A DNA stretch of 64,000 bases, from contig NW_007729415.1 of the NCBI RefSeq assembly GCF_000696425.1, positions 64,001 to 128,000 on the forward strand. The letters are read 5' to 3'. Below are positions 23,779-35,973 of the stretch, one piece after another. The notes under the pieces were generated by a model that searched no databases, was not told the origin of the DNA, and worked only from the letters and a program-made list of their open reading frames with translations. The first letter of the stretch is position 1. Each line of letters begins with the position of its first letter. The DNA is from Galeopterus variegatus (taxonomy: Eukaryota). The translations under genes and the position numbers were made by a program.

Positions 23779-24468
23779 AAATTTATTTTTTTTTATTGAA
23801 TCATAATTGATTATACATACTTTTGAGATTCAATGTTGACATATGTTAATCAAATCAATATTACTAGTATGTATATTGTTACAAATTGTACTCATTCTTT
23901 ATGTCCCTTGTCCAATCTCTTCCTATCCCCCTCTCCTTCCCCCCTCCCACCACTGATTACCCTAGATTTCTTCTCTCCCTCTGAAAGAGTAATGGTTACT
24001 CTGTTAATTTGATGCCTAGATGATCTGTCCAATGCTGAGAGGTGTGATCAGGTCCCCCAATATTATCATAGAGCAGAAGCTTCTTCTGTCACACTGGCAT
24101 GGGCTTTGTGGAAAGAGACATCCTTTTCTTTTCTTTGGTCTCTGCTGGTGACTGTCCTTGTGTCAATGCACTCCAGTGGCTGACAGACCATCTGCATGGT
24201 GGTTGTGATGTCTAGCCACTTTCACAGCAGCTGTGGTTACTGTGGTGGCTATGGTAGGCCACCCACATGGAGGTGATGTTTTTGGCATGCTCCTTGGTGC
24301 TAGTGGTGTGCCTGGTTGTGGGGGGGTTCCAGTCCCTGGCTCCATTCCCCGGGTCCCTGGGTGGGCCCCAAGGCACTGGCTGTGTGCCTGGTTGTGGGTG
24401 GGGGTCTGGTCCCTGGCTTGATGCCCTGGGTCCCCAGCTCGATGCCCTGGGCCAGGTAGGGCCCTGAG
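23779..24468. mobile_element. Unclassified 690-bp insertion (possible lineage-specific LTR or other retroposon) sharing an insertion site with the adjacent SINE
   Basis: Bounded by cagagtgatcttttt at 23762 and 24469. G-rich 3' part with internal direct repeats of about 60 bp (gtgcctggttgtgggggggttccagtccctggc…). Confidence 0.4.
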
Positions 24469-24477
24469 TCAGAGTGA

Positions 24478-24480
<3 letters not shown>

Positions 24481-24511
<31 letters not shown>

Positions 24512-24659
24512 TGACCGGTAAGGGGATCTTAACCCTTGACTTGGTGTTGTCAGCACCACGCTCACTCAGTGAGCAACCGGCCATCCCTATATGGGATCCG
24601 AACCCGTGGCCTTGGTGTTATCAGCACCACACTCTCCCGAGTGAGCCACAGGCCGGCCC
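24481..24659 (-). mobile_element. A-type dimeric SINE
   Basis: T32 tail. TSD agagtgatctttt at 24469 and 24661. Confidence 0.8.
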
Positions 24660-25187
24660 CAGAGTGATCTTTTAAAAATGCATATCTTATCATGTAATTT
24701 TCCTCCTTAAAAATCCCCATTGGCTTCCCACTCTTCTTTATGATAAACTCTAATCTCTTTACCATGGTTGGCTTATGAGGCCTCAGCCCCAGAATAGCTC
24801 TCCAACCTCTTCTCACACCACTCTCTCCCACTCATGTTCCAGTCACCTTGACCCCCTGCACTCTGGATCTTTCACTGTTGTTCCTTCTACCTGGAATCCT
24901 TGTTCCCCAGACCTTCACACAGCAAATTATTTACATCCTCAAGCATCAGCTCAAAGGTCATGTCCACAAAGAAACCTTCCCTGACATCCCTATTTAAAGT
25001 GACTTGTCTCTTACTCCCTATATATCTTCATATTCATTTCCTTCATGTCCATTTCAAAATTATTTGTTAGTCGTCTATTTTTCTCACTATAAGGGAGGCT
25101 TTATGAAGGTTGGAACATTATCTAACTCATTCCCCATTATAATCCCAGTATCCAGGCACATAGAGTTGCTTTATAAATATTTGTTGA

Positions 25188-25272
25188 GGGCTAGCCAGTT
25201 AGCTCAATTGATTAGAGTGCAGCCTTATAACACCAACGTTGGATCCCCATGCTGGCCAACTGGAAAAAAAAA
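25188..25272 (+). mobile_element. Monomeric tRNA-like SINE
   Basis: gggctagccagttagctcaattgattagagtgcagccttataacaccaacgttggatccccatgctggccaactgg then A10. TSD atttgttga. Confidence 0.75.
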
Positions 25273-25750
25273 ATTGTTGAATGAATAAGGGTGAAAAGAA
25301 GAATAACTGAAGAAGCACTGAGGAGATGAGAGGGTGTCCAGAGTGAAGGGATTAGACTTGGGCTGGATGAGGTACATGTCTTCTTCTGTGAACCTCTGCA
25401 AGGAGGACCATTTGGTGGACATGCAGGGAAATGTGTATATGGGGTGCAGGGTGGACAGCAGGGCAGGAAGGTAAAGGATTTAGTGGGTGATAGCTTCTTC
25501 TCTGGTGAGGTCATCTGCTGACAGTTCAGATGGAAGTAGCTGAGGTTGGGTAAAAGATTTGAGGAGAGTGGGAGAAATTTAGAACACCTGCTTCAGAGAA
25601 TGGCGAGAGCATTTGCCAACACTCTGAGATGGCCACATGCCAGGTGCTGTCCTGGACGCTGAGGTTATAGAGTTGAGTAGGAGGTGACATAGTCTTTGCC
25701 TTCCAGAAATTCACAGTCCAAAGGAGATGGACTTTCTTTCTTTCTTTTTT

Positions 25751-25823
25751 TGGCAGCTGGTGGTATGGGAATCTGAACCCTTGACCTCAGTGTTAAAACA
25801 CCAAGTTCTAACCAGTTGAGCTA
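25751..25823 (-). mobile_element. Monomeric tRNA-like SINE
   Basis: tggcagctggtggtatgggaatctgaacccttgacctcagtgttaaaacaccaagttctaaccagttgagcta. Confidence 0.7.
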
Positions 25824-25865
25824 GAATGTGGACGTTCTATGAGAGAGTTAAAATGCAGGGTGCTG

Positions 25866-26044
25866 GGCTGGCCCGGTGGTGCACTGGAGAGTGCGCCGCT
25901 TGGGAGCGCAGTGGCGCTCCCGCCAAGGGTTCGGATCCCATGTGGAGACCGGTTCCCGCTCACTGGCTGAGCACGGTGCGGGCACAACACTGAGGGTTGC
26001 GATCCCGTTACAGGTCAGTAAAAAAGACAAAAAGGAAAAAAAAA
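25866..26044 (+). mobile_element. B-type SINE
   Basis: TSD aaaatgcagg(g/a)tgctg at 25850-25865 and 26041-26056. Confidence 0.85.
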
Positions 26045-26590
26045 TGCAGGATGCTGTGTACTGTAATGGATGGAGTGTGCCGAGGCTTGGGGTGGGGGCT
26101 CAATCTGAGAGTGGGGGAAAGCACGACAGAGGCTATGACCTTTGAGGTTGGCCTTGAAAGAGAAAGTGTGTACAAGGCAGAAAGAAGGAAGGAAGTATGA
26201 GTGCTCCACGAAGGGAAAACAGTGCTAGCCAAAACTATGGAGGTGCTGAATAGGGAGAATTGTGAGACATTTCTGTGCCTTGAATGAAAAATGGGAGATG
26301 ATGCTGGACAGGAGGGTGGAGGCCAGATTGTGGAGGATCTTCTCTGTACCAGAAGTTGAACTTTCTCCCGGAGGCAGCAGAGGTCTTTAGGCAGAGTTGC
26401 AGGATCGTGAGGTTGCTCTTTTAGGAAACTAACACAGTAGGCAACGTGGAGGATGCATTGAAGGGAGGAGAAACTGGAGGCAGTGAGAAGGGGTAGGAGA
26501 CAGGTGCAGTAGTTCTGATGAGAGATAACGAGAGCCTGATGAGAACAGTGGCGGTAGAAATGGAGAGGAGGGGAAGGAGTCCAGAGACGT

Positions 26591-26770
26591 TTTTTTTTGT
26601 TTGTTTGTTTTTTTTAAAAAGATGACCGGTAAGGGGATCTCAACCCTTGGCTTGGTGTTATCAGCACCACGCTCACCCAGTGAGCAACCGGCCATCCCTA
26701 TATAGGATCCGAACCTGTGGCCTTGGTGTTATCAGCACCGCACTCTACCAAGTGAGCCACAGGCCGGCCC
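26591..26770 (-). mobile_element. A-type dimeric SINE
   Basis: TSD ccagagacgttttt at 26581 and 26771. Confidence 0.85.
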
Positions 26771-26939
26771 CCAGAGACGTTTTTGAAGATGGATGGAATG
26801 TATGGAATAGGGGCAGAGAGTGGAGTGAAGGCTGACTCAGAGGTTTCTTGCTTGGGAAACTGGGTAGATGGTGATACTGTTAGCTGAGATACAGTAACAG
26901 GACTATATATTAAGAAAAAGTATTAAGCTCAGGTTTAAA

Positions 26940-27520
26940 TCAGTGGCATTAAACACAGTGTTGTACAATCATCACCTCTATCTAATTCCAAAACATTTGC
27001 ACCCCAAGGGAAGCCCCAAACCCATTAAACAGTCATTCCCTATTTCCCACTCTTCCCAGCCCCTGGCAATCACTAATTTACTTTCTGTCTCTATAGAGTT
27101 CCCTATTCTGGATATTTCATATAAATGGAATCATACAGTATGTGACTGTTTATGTCTGGCTTCTTTCACTTAGCATAATGTTTTCATCCAGGGCCGGCCC
27201 GGTGGCGCACTGGATAGTGCGCCGCTTGGGAAGCGTGGTGGCGCTCCCGCCCGAGGGTTCGGATCCCACATACAGACCGGTTCCCGCTCACTGGCTGAGC
27301 GAGGCGCGGGGGCAACACCGAGGGTTGCAATCCCGTTGCCGGTCCCTGGTCCGGTACGGGGGCAACACTGAGGGTTGCGATCCGTTGCCGGACACGGAAA
27401 AAGACAAAAGACAAAAATAATAATAATAATAATAATAATGTTTTCATCCATGTTGTAGCATGTATCATTATTTCATTTTTTTTCCTTGTCTCCATTTCTT
27501 TCTTTTTTTTTTGCCGGCCA
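26940..27520 (-). mobile_element. L1 3'UTR fragment, minus orientation, split by a B-type SINE
   Basis: …cccctggcaatcactaatttactttctgtctctatagagtt…ggaatcatacagtatgtgactg…cttagcataatgttttcatcca | SINE | tgttgtagcatgtatc…. Confidence 0.6.
27191..27436 (+). mobile_element. B-type trimer-like SINE whose tail has become (AAT)7
   Basis: TSD aatgttttcatcca at 27177-27190 and 27437-27450. Confidence 0.85.
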
Positions 27521-27590
27521 GTATAGGGATTGAACCCAGACCCTGATGTTATCAGCACCATGCTCTAACCAACTGAGCTAACCAGCCAGC
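27503..27590 (-). mobile_element. Monomeric tRNA-like SINE
   Basis: T10 then gccggccagtatagggattgaacccagaccctgatgttatcagcaccatgctctaaccaactgagctaaccagccagc. Confidence 0.75.
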
Positions 27591-27893
27591 TTCCATTTTT
27601 TTTTTTTTGTGGCAAAATATACATAAAATTTACCATTTTAAACATATAGTTCAGCAGCATTAAGTACATTTCCATTATTGTATACATCACCACCATCCAT
27701 CTCCTGGACTTTTCTCATCTTCCCAAACTGAAACTCCATACCCATTAAATACTAACTCCCCATTCACCCATTCCCCACCTCCTGGCAACCCCCATTCTAC
27801 TATCTGACTTAATGGAAGCTGGCTGGTTATCTCAGCTTGATGAATTTGACTACTCTATGTACGTCACGTAAGTGGAATCCTACAGTATTTGTC

Positions 27894-28063
27894 TTTTTTT
27901 TTTTTTTTTAAGATGACCGGTAAGGGGATCTCAACCCTTAGCTTGGTGTTGTCAGCACCACACTCAACCAGTGAGCCAACCAGCCATCCCTATATGGGAT
28001 CTGAACCTGTGGCCTTGGTGTTATCAGCACTGCACTCTCCCGAGTGAGCCACTGGCCGGCCCT
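27894..28063 (-). mobile_element. A-type dimeric SINE in the L1 3'UTR
   Basis: TSD cagtatttgtc at 27883 and 28064. Confidence 0.85.
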
Positions 28064-28556
28064 CAGTATTTGTCTTTTTTGACTGGTATATTTCACTTAA
28101 AATAATGTCTTCAAGGTTAATCCATTTTATAACATGTGCCAGAATTTCCTCCCTTTTTAAGTCTAAATAATATTCCATTGTATGTATACACTGCACTTTA
28201 TTTAAAATTCATTGTTGATGGGCATTTGGGTTATGTCCAGCTTTGGGCTATTGTAAATACAGCTGCTGTGAACATTAACATGCACACTTTTGTTTGAACA
28301 CCTGTTCTCAAAATTCAGGGGTATATACTTAGGAGTGGAATTGTTGGGTCATATGATAATTCTATATTTAATTTTATTAAGGAACCATTAAACTTTTCTG
28401 CAGCACCTGTACCATTTTACATCATTTTACATTCTCACTAGCCATGTATGAGGGTTCCAGTTTCTCCACATCCTTGCCACCACTTGTTATTTTCCCTTTT
28501 AAAAAAAAAAATTATTATGGCCATCTTAGTGAGTGTGCAGTATTATCTAATTATGC

Positions 28557-28739
28557 TTTTTTTTTTTTTTTTTTCTTCTTAAAAAGATGACTGGTAAGGG
28601 GATCTTAACCCTTGACCTGGTCTTGTCAGCACCATGCTCTCCCAAGTGAGTCAACCGGCCATTCCTATATAGGGATCTGAACCCGTGGTCCTGGTGTTAT
28701 CAGCACCACACTCTCCCAAGTGAGCCAAGGGCCAGCCCC
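28557..28739 (-). mobile_element. A-type dimeric SINE
   Basis: TSD ctaattatgctttt at 28547 and 28741. Confidence 0.85.
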
Positions 28740-28863
28740 CTAATTATGCTTTTGATTTGCATTTCCCTCATGACTAATGATGTTGAGTATTTTTTTTATA
28801 TGTTTGTTGGCCATGTGTATATCTTTTTTTCAGAAATGTATATTCAGAGTCTTTGCCCATTTT

Positions 28864-28967
28864 TATTTCTATTTTTTCTTTTGGCAGCCAGCCAGTACAG
28901 GGATTGAACCCCAGACCTTGGTGTTGTCAGCACCACACTCCAACCAACTGAGCTAACTGGCCTGCCC
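28864..28967 (-). mobile_element. Monomeric tRNA-like SINE
   Basis: TSD tttgcc(c/t)attttta. ttggcagccagccagtacagggattgaaccccagaccttggtgttgtcagcaccacactccaaccaactgagctaactggcctgccc. Confidence 0.8.
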
Positions 28968-29646
28968 TTTGCCTATTTTTAAATCGGGCTATTTGTCTTT
29001 TTATTATTGAACTGTAAGAGTTATTTATATTTTCTAGGTACAAGTACCTTACCAAATATATCATTTGTAAATATTTCTCCTATTCTTTGGGTTGTCTTTT
29101 CACTGTGTTGCTGCTGTTCTTTGAAGCACAAAGTCTTTTATTTTGATGAAGTCCTGCTTATCTGTTTTCACTTTTGTTGTGTATGCTTTTGGTGTCCAGT
29201 TTATTTATGTTTACTTTTGTTGCCTGTGCTTTCAGTGCATCACCAGGAAATCACTGCCAAATACAATATTATTAAGATTTGCCCCTATATTTTCTTTTAG
29301 GAGTGTTATAATTAAGTTTGGATTTTAAGTTAAGTAAACACTTAAGTTTAGATCTTTGATCCATTTTGAGTAAATTTTTTTTTATACAAGTTAAATTTTG
29401 TAAATGGTGTGAGGTAAGGGGCTAACCTTATTATTTTGCATATTTTCCTCCCACCATTTATTGAAAAGTCTAACCCTTTTCCCATTGAATGGTCTTGACA
29501 CCCTTCTTGAAAATCAATTAACCATATATGTGAAGGTTTATTCCTGGGTTCTCCATTTTATTCCATTGGTTTATCTGTCTATTCTTTTTATTTATTTATT
29601 TTTTATCTTTCTGTTCTTATGTCAGTACCACACTGTTTTGATTTCC

Positions 29647-29813
29647 TTTTTTTTTTTTAAAGATGACCAGTAAGGGGATCCTAACACTTGACTTGGTGTT
29701 GTCAGCACCACGCTCAGCCAGTGAGCTAATCAGCCATCCCTATATAGGGATCTAAACCCGCGGCCTTTGTGTTATCAGCACCACAATCTCCCAAGTGAGC
29801 CATGGGCAGGCCC
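29647..29813 (-). mobile_element. A-type dimeric SINE
   Basis: TSD ttgttttgatttc at 29633 and 29814. Confidence 0.85.
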
Positions 29814-29940
29814 TTGTTTTGATTTCTGTAGCTGTGTAGCAAGTTTTGAAATCAGGAAACTGAGTCCTTCAGCTTTGTTTTTTTTCAAGATTGTTTTGTC
29901 TACTCAGGGTTCCTTGAAATCCTATATGAATTTTATTTTA

Positions 29941-30102
29941 TTTTATTTTTTTAAAAAAAAGATGACCAGTAACCCTAGACTTGGTGGTGTCAGCACCACG
30001 CTCTCCCAAGTGAGCTAACCAGCCATCCCTATATAGGGATCTGAACCCATGTCCTTGGTGTTATCAGCACCACACTCTCCCAAGTGAGCCATGGGCTGGC
30101 CC
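29941..30102 (-). mobile_element. A-type dimeric SINE with an internal deletion
   Basis: TSD cctatatgaatttta. …gatgaccagtaa|ccctagacttgg…. Confidence 0.8.
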
Positions 30103-30453
30103 ACCTATATGAATTTTAGAACGGGTTTTTCTGTTTCTTTAAAAGCCACCATTGGAATTTGATATGAGTTTGCATTGAATCTGCTTATCACTTTGGGTAG
30201 TATTGCCATGTTAATGATATTAAGTTTTCAATGCATGAACGTGGGTTGTATTCCCTTTTTATAGGTTCTCTTTAATTTTTTTCAGCAAAGTTTTGTAGTT
30301 TTCAGTGTACAAGTCTTTGGCCTCCTTGGTTAAATTTCTGTGTAAGTTATTTTATTCTTTTGATGCTATTGCAAATGGAATTATTTTTTAAATTTCCTTT
30401 TTAGTTTGTTTGTTTGAAATGTATAGAAATATAACTGATTTTTGTATGTTAAT

Positions 30454-30694
30454 TTTTTTTTTTTTTTTTTTGTCTTTTGTCTTTTTCCGTGTCCGGCAAT
30501 GGATCGCAACCCTCAGTGTTTCCCCCGTACCAGACTGGGGACTGGCAACGGGATTGCAACCCTCGGCGTTGCCCCCGTGCCTCGCTCAGCCAGTGAGCAG
30601 GAACCGGTCTGTATGTGGGATCCGAACCCTTGGGCGGGAGCGCCGCTGCGCTTCCCAAGCGGCGCACTTATCCAGTGCACCACCGGGCCGGCCC
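30454..30694 (-). mobile_element. B-type trimer-like SINE
   Basis: TSD tttgtatgttaatttt at 30438-30453 and 30695-30710. Confidence 0.85.
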
Positions 30695-31157
30695 TTTGTA
30701 TGTTAATTTTATATCCTGCAACTTTGCTAAATGTATTAGCTTTAAAATTTTTTTTGTGGATTCCTCATGATTTTTTACGTTTGATCAAGTCATCTATGAA
30801 AAGAAATCATTTTACTTCTTCCTTTCCAGTTTGGAATCTTTTATATCTTCTTCTTGCCTAAAGTTGCCTAGAACTTCTAGTACCATGTTGAATATAAGTG
30901 GCGATAGAAAGTATCCTTTTCTTTTTCTTGATCTCAGGGGGAAGCTTTCATTCTTTCACTATCATGTATGATGTTAGCTGTGGGTTTTTCATCTATAACC
31001 TTTATCATTTTGAGGAAGTTACCTTCTATTCCTAATTTCTTGAGTGTTTTTATCATGAAAGGGTGTTGACTTCATCAAAGGCTTTTCTGCATCAATTATG
31101 ATCATGTGTTTTTCCCCTTCATTCTATTAATGTGGTGTGTTACATTTATTGACTTTT

Positions 31158-31250
31158 TTTTTTTTGATGGCTGGCTGGTATAGGGATCTGAACCCTTGAC
31201 CTTGGTGTTATAAGGCTGCATTCTATCCAACTGAGATAACCAGCCAGCCC
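31158..31250 (-). mobile_element. Monomeric tRNA-like SINE inside the L1 ORF2 region
   Basis: TSD tacatttattgactttt at 31141 and 31251. Confidence 0.85.
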
Positions 31251-31831
31251 TACATTTATTGACTTTTGTATGTTGAACCACCCTTGCGTTCCTGGGGTAA
31301 AACCCAGTTGGTCATGGTTCATAATCCTTTTCATATGCTGCTGAATTTGTTTTGCTAGTATTTTGTTGAGTATTTTAGTATCTATATTCATAAAGGGATA
31401 TTATTCAGTAGTTTTCTTTTCTTGTCACGTCTTTGTCTGGCTTTGGTATCAGGCTAGCCTCAGAGAATGAGTTAGGAGTGACCTTCCCTCTGTTTTTTTT
31501 TTTGAAGAGTTTATAAAGGATTGGTATTAATTCTTTAAATGTTTGGTAGAATTCACTAAAGAAGCCATCTATCTGGTCCTGCACTTTTCTTTGTGGGGAG
31601 GTTTTTGGGTTTGTTTTGTTTTTAAATTAACAGATTCAGTCTGTTTACTTGTTACAGGTCTGTCCAGATTTTTTCTTTCTTCTTGATTCAATTTTTGTAA
31701 TTTGTGTGTTTCCATCACTGTATTAATTTCATCTAGGTTATCTAACTTGGTGGTGTACAATTGTTTATAGTATTCTCTTATAATCCTTTTTATTTCTGTA
31801 AGGTCGGTAGTAATGTCCCCACATTTGTTTT

Positions 31832-32000
31832 TTTTATTTTATTTTATAAAGATGACCGGTAAGGGGATCTTAACCCTTGACTTGGTGTTGTCAGCACCAC
31901 GCTCAGACAATGAGCGAACCGGCCATCCCTATATGGGATCCGAACCCGTGGCCTTGGTGTTATCAGCACCGCACTCTCCCGAGTGAGCCATGGGCCGGCC
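31832..32000 (-). mobile_element. A-type dimeric SINE
   Basis: TSD ccccacatttgttttt at 31816 and 32001. Confidence 0.85.
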
Positions 32001-32272
32001 CCCCCACATTTGTTTTTGATTTTAGTAATTTGAGTTCTTTCTCTCTTTTTTAGTCAATCCAGCTAAAAGTTTGTCAATTTTGTTGATCTTTTCAAAGAAT
32101 CAACTATGGTCTCCTTGGTTTTTTCTTTCTTTTTCCTTTTTTGGTGGCTGGCTGTTATGGTGTCATTGGTTTTCTCTCATACTCTCTGTCCTCTATGTTT
32201 ATCTCTACTTTAAAATATATTATTTCCATCTCCTTCCTTCTGCTAGATGCGTGTATAGTTTACACTTCTTTT

Positions 32273-32439
32273 TCTTTTTTTTTTTTTTGTCTTTTTTCGT
32301 GACCGGCAACGGAATCGCAACCCTCGGTGTTGCGCCCGCACCTCGCTCAGCCAGTGAGCGGCCGGTCTGTATGTGGGATCTGAACCCTCGGCGGGAGTGC
32401 CGCCGCGCTCCCAAGTGGCGTGCGCCACCGGGCCGGCCC
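32273..32439 (-). mobile_element. B-type SINE
   Basis: TSD ctacacttctttttct flanks the element. Tail T-run/…cttttttcgtgaccggcaacggaatcgcaaccctcgg. Confidence 0.8.
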
Positions 32440-32474
32440 CTACACTTCTTTTTCTAGCTCCTTCAGGTGTTAAC

Positions 32475-32541
32475 TTAGATCTGAACACTTGACCATTGTA
32501 TTATAACACCACATTCTAACCAGCTAACTAACTGGTCATCC
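32475..32541 (-). mobile_element. Partial monomeric SINE
   Basis: tagatctgaacacttgaccattgtattataacaccacattctaaccagctaactaactggtcatcc. Confidence 0.55.
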
Positions 32542-32630
32542 CTTTTTCCCCTTTTTTAATGTAGATGTTTATATCTATAAATTTCCCTTTTAACATGGCA
32601 TCCTATTAATTTGGGTATATGGATTTTTTC

Positions 32631-32803
32631 TTTCTTTTTTTTTTTTTTAAAGATGACTGGTAAGGGGATCTTAACCCTTGACTTGGTGTTGTCAGCACCA
32701 TGCTCAGCCAGTGAGCTAACTGGCCATCCCTATATAGGATCTGAACCCGTGGCCTTGGTGTTATCAGCACCGCACTCTCCCGAGTGAGCCACAGGCCGGC
32801 CCC
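32631..32803 (-). mobile_element. A-type dimeric SINE
   Basis: TSD gtat(a/g)tggattttttc at 32614 and 32804. Confidence 0.85.
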
Positions 32804-33196
32804 TTGTATGTGGATTTTTTCATTTTCATTAGTCTCAAAGTATCTTCTAATTTCCCCATGATTTCTTCTTTAAACAATTGGTTATTTAAGAGTATGTTCT
32901 TTAATTTCCCATATTTTTTTTCCAGTGAATTTTCCAGTTATTGTCCTGTTATTGATTTCTAGTTTTATCCCATTATGATTGGAGAAGATACTTTGTATGA
33001 TTCCAATCTTTTACATTTATTTAGAAGTTTCCAACTGTTACTGTAGAACTGTCTCTTCCTCCCTTCAATTCTGTCAATATTTGCTTCATATATTTTGGGG
33101 CTTTGTTGTTAGGTGTGCATATGTTTATAATTGTTATATCTTCTTGATGAATTTAACCTTTTATTAATATGTAATATCCTTCTCTCTTGTAACAAT

Positions 33197-33352
33197 TTTT
33201 TTTTTGATGGGTAAGGGGACCACAACCCTCGGCACGGTATTGTCTGCACCATGCACAGCCAGTGAGCACAACAGCCATCCCTATATAGGACTCGAACCCA
33301 TGGCCTCGACACTCCCAGCACTGTACTCTCCCGAGTGAGCCACAGGGCCAGC
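33197..33352 (-). mobile_element. C-type divergent SINE
   Basis: gatgggtaaggggaccacaaccctcggcacggtattgtctgcaccatgcacagccagtgagcacaacagccatccctatatagg…gagccacagggccagccc. TSD aacaattttt. Confidence 0.7.
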
Positions 33353-34470
33353 CCAACAATTTTTGACTTAAAGTCTATTTTGTCTGATATTGGCATAGTC
33401 ATCCCTCCCTTGTTTACTATTTGCATGGAATATCTTTTTCTGTTATTTTACTTTCAACCTCTTTGTGTCTTTGTATCTAAAATGAGTCTCTTTCCTCTAC
33501 AGGCCATCTACCAAAAATAAATAAAGTATAAAAATAAAATAAAAATAGTGAATCTCATGTAAGTAGCATGTTTTCTCTTTATAGCCATTCTGCCAATCTC
33601 TGCCTTTCAATTGGAGAGTTTAATCCATTTACATTTAAAATAATTATTGATAAGTAAGGATTTGTTTCTGCCACTTTGTTGTTTTCTGTATGTCTAATAT
33701 CCTTTTTTGTTCTTCAGTTCCTCCATTGCTACTTTCTTTTATTTGTTTTTGTGGGGTTTTGTAAGGTATCATTTTGATTCTTCTCTCATTTCCTTTTCTG
33801 TATATTTTATAATTATTTTCTTAGTGATTACCTTCAGGATTACAACTGACATCTCAAACTTGTAACAACCTAGTATGAATCAATACCAACTAGGCTTCAA
33901 TGCTGTACAAAAATGTTGCTCCTATACAGCTCTATCCTGCCCCCTTTATATTGTTACTGTTACATATTACATCTTTATATATTGTGTGCCCATTAACACA
34001 GATTTAACACAGATTTTTAATTATTGTTCTGTGCATCTGTCTTTTAAATTATATAGGAAATAAGAGAAGTTACACAACCAAAAATACAATAATTCTGGCT
34101 TTTATGTTTCCCTAGGTAGTTTCTTTTACCAGTACTTTTATTTCTTCATATGGCTTTGAGTCTAGTGACCTTTTATATCAGCCTGAATTATTCCCTTTAT
34201 AATTCCTTGTAGGGGGGTCTGCTAGTAACAAACTCCCTCACCTTTTTTTTAAAAACTGTGAATGTCTTAATTTCTTTTTCATTCTTGAAAGATAGTTTTG
34301 CCAGATATAGAATTCTTAGTTGACAGGTCTCTCTTTTTTTTCTCCCTGCACTCTAAGTATGTCATCCCACTGACCTCCATGTTTTCTGGTGAGAAATTGG
34401 CCGTTAATCTTATTAAGGATCCTTTGTACGTTACAAGTTGCATCTCTTTTTCTGCTTTCAAGATTCTCTC

Positions 34471-34666
34471 TTTATTTTTTTATTTTTTATTTTTTTTGGT
34501 CTTTTTCATGACCGGTAAGGGGATCGCAACCCTTGGTGTGGTGTCGCCCACACCGCGCTCAGCCAGTGAGCGCACCAGCCATCCCCATATAGGATCCGAA
34601 CCCATGGCGGGAGCGTCACTGCACTCCCAGCACTGCACTCTCCCAAGTGCGCCACGGGCTCGGCCC
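34471..34666 (-). mobile_element. C-type divergent SINE
   Basis: …catgaccggtaaggggatcgcaacccttggtgtggtgtcgcccacaccgcgctcagccagtgagcgcaccagccatccccatatagg…gcgccacgggctcggccc. Confidence 0.7.
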
Positions 34667-35973
34667 TTATTTTGGTTTTTGACAGTTTGATTATGGTGTG
34701 TCTCTGTGTGGATCTCTTTGAGTTTATCCTACTTGGAATTTGTTGAGCTTATTGAATGTATAGATTCATATATATATATTTTTTAATAAATCAAATTTGG
34801 GAAGTTTTCAACCATCATTTCTTCAAATATTCTTTCTGCCCCTCTCTCTCTTCTTCTTCTATGATGTCCATTATGTTAATGTTGGTATGATTTATGATGT
34901 CTTGAAAGTTTCTGTTTATTTTTCTTTATTCTTTTTGCTCCTCAGATTGGATACTTTCATTTCACTTATCTTCAAGTTCACTGCTTCTTTCTTCTGTCTG
35001 CTCAAATGTACTGTTGAACCTCTCTAGTGATTTTTTTGGTCCAGGACAGGGTTCTAACCCTGGACCTTGGTGTTATCAGCACTCTCTACTGAATTTTTCA
35101 TTTTAGTTGTATGAATCCTCTTTTTAATTTCCTGTATTTCCTGATGCTTTGATATCTTGGGGCCTTGCTGACTGGGGAGAGACTTCCCCTCCCACGGCTG
35201 CCCTTTGCACTGTTGTCACTCTGTGGGCTCAGTTTTGAACATATTGACAAAGGTGCCTGTAGGACACCAAGTTACGAGCTCTCAAGGCTGGGGATCCATC
35301 TGTTATGCTCGCCATTGATTCCCCAGCACTTAAAACATTACATGGCACAGAGGGGGCACCCAGAAAATGTTTGTTGAGTAAATGGAGGTTGTCAGTAGTC
35401 ATTTGAAAATACAAACCCTAAACCTGACTTCAGTGTATGGCCTAGAGATAGGGATTTTGGAATCATTAGTGTGTAGATGATAATTGAAGCTATTGATGAA
35501 ATTGTTTTCAAATTACATTAGTAACAGTAAATTCCTTTTTAGGAGAAAGCAAAATTACTACTGCTGCCTGCCTCCCTAAAGTATAGGTAGGCCCCGTGTG
35601 CCCCTCTAGACCCATTTTATATACATATATTGTTTTGTAGATTGTTCTTTTTTTTTTTCCACTTAATATGTCTCTTAGAGATCTTTCCATGTTAAAGATT
35701 TTTATATAGTCCTTAATGTATTCTATATATTATCCTGGACACAAGATACTATAGAATTTAAAAGCATAGACTCTAGATTTAGACTGCCTTAGTTTAAATA
35801 CTTACTCCGACACTTACTAGATATGTGACTTTTGCAAACTACTTTCTTCATCTCTAAAGTGGATTGGTGATAACAGATAGTGTAGGTTTCTCATGGAGTT
35901 TTTATTTGAGATTTAAATGAAATAATCCCTGAAAAGCATTTAGCACCATGTTTCATTAAATGTTAACTATTTG

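Larger units (their letters stand above)
27597..35030 (-). mobile_element. Nearly full-length ancient L1 in minus orientation (about 5 kb of L1 sequence plus 13 SINE insertions)
   Basis: Minus-strand ORFs match ORF2: 27990-28196 encodes …MQCIHTMEYYLDLKREEILAHVIKWINLEDIILSEIYQSKKTNTE, 31146-31391 encodes [47 protein letters not shown], and 31569-31760 encodes …KLQKLNQEERKNLDRPVTSKQTESV…. The plus strand shows the usual L1-antisense pseudo-ORFs. Confidence 0.75.

Noticed and set aside
28100-35030. Plus-strand ORFs such as 29007-29300 and 34797-35027 as genes
   Set aside because: They are the familiar pseudo-ORFs of the L1 antisense strand (…FDEVLLICFHFCCVCFWC…). The L1 here is minus-oriented and degenerate.
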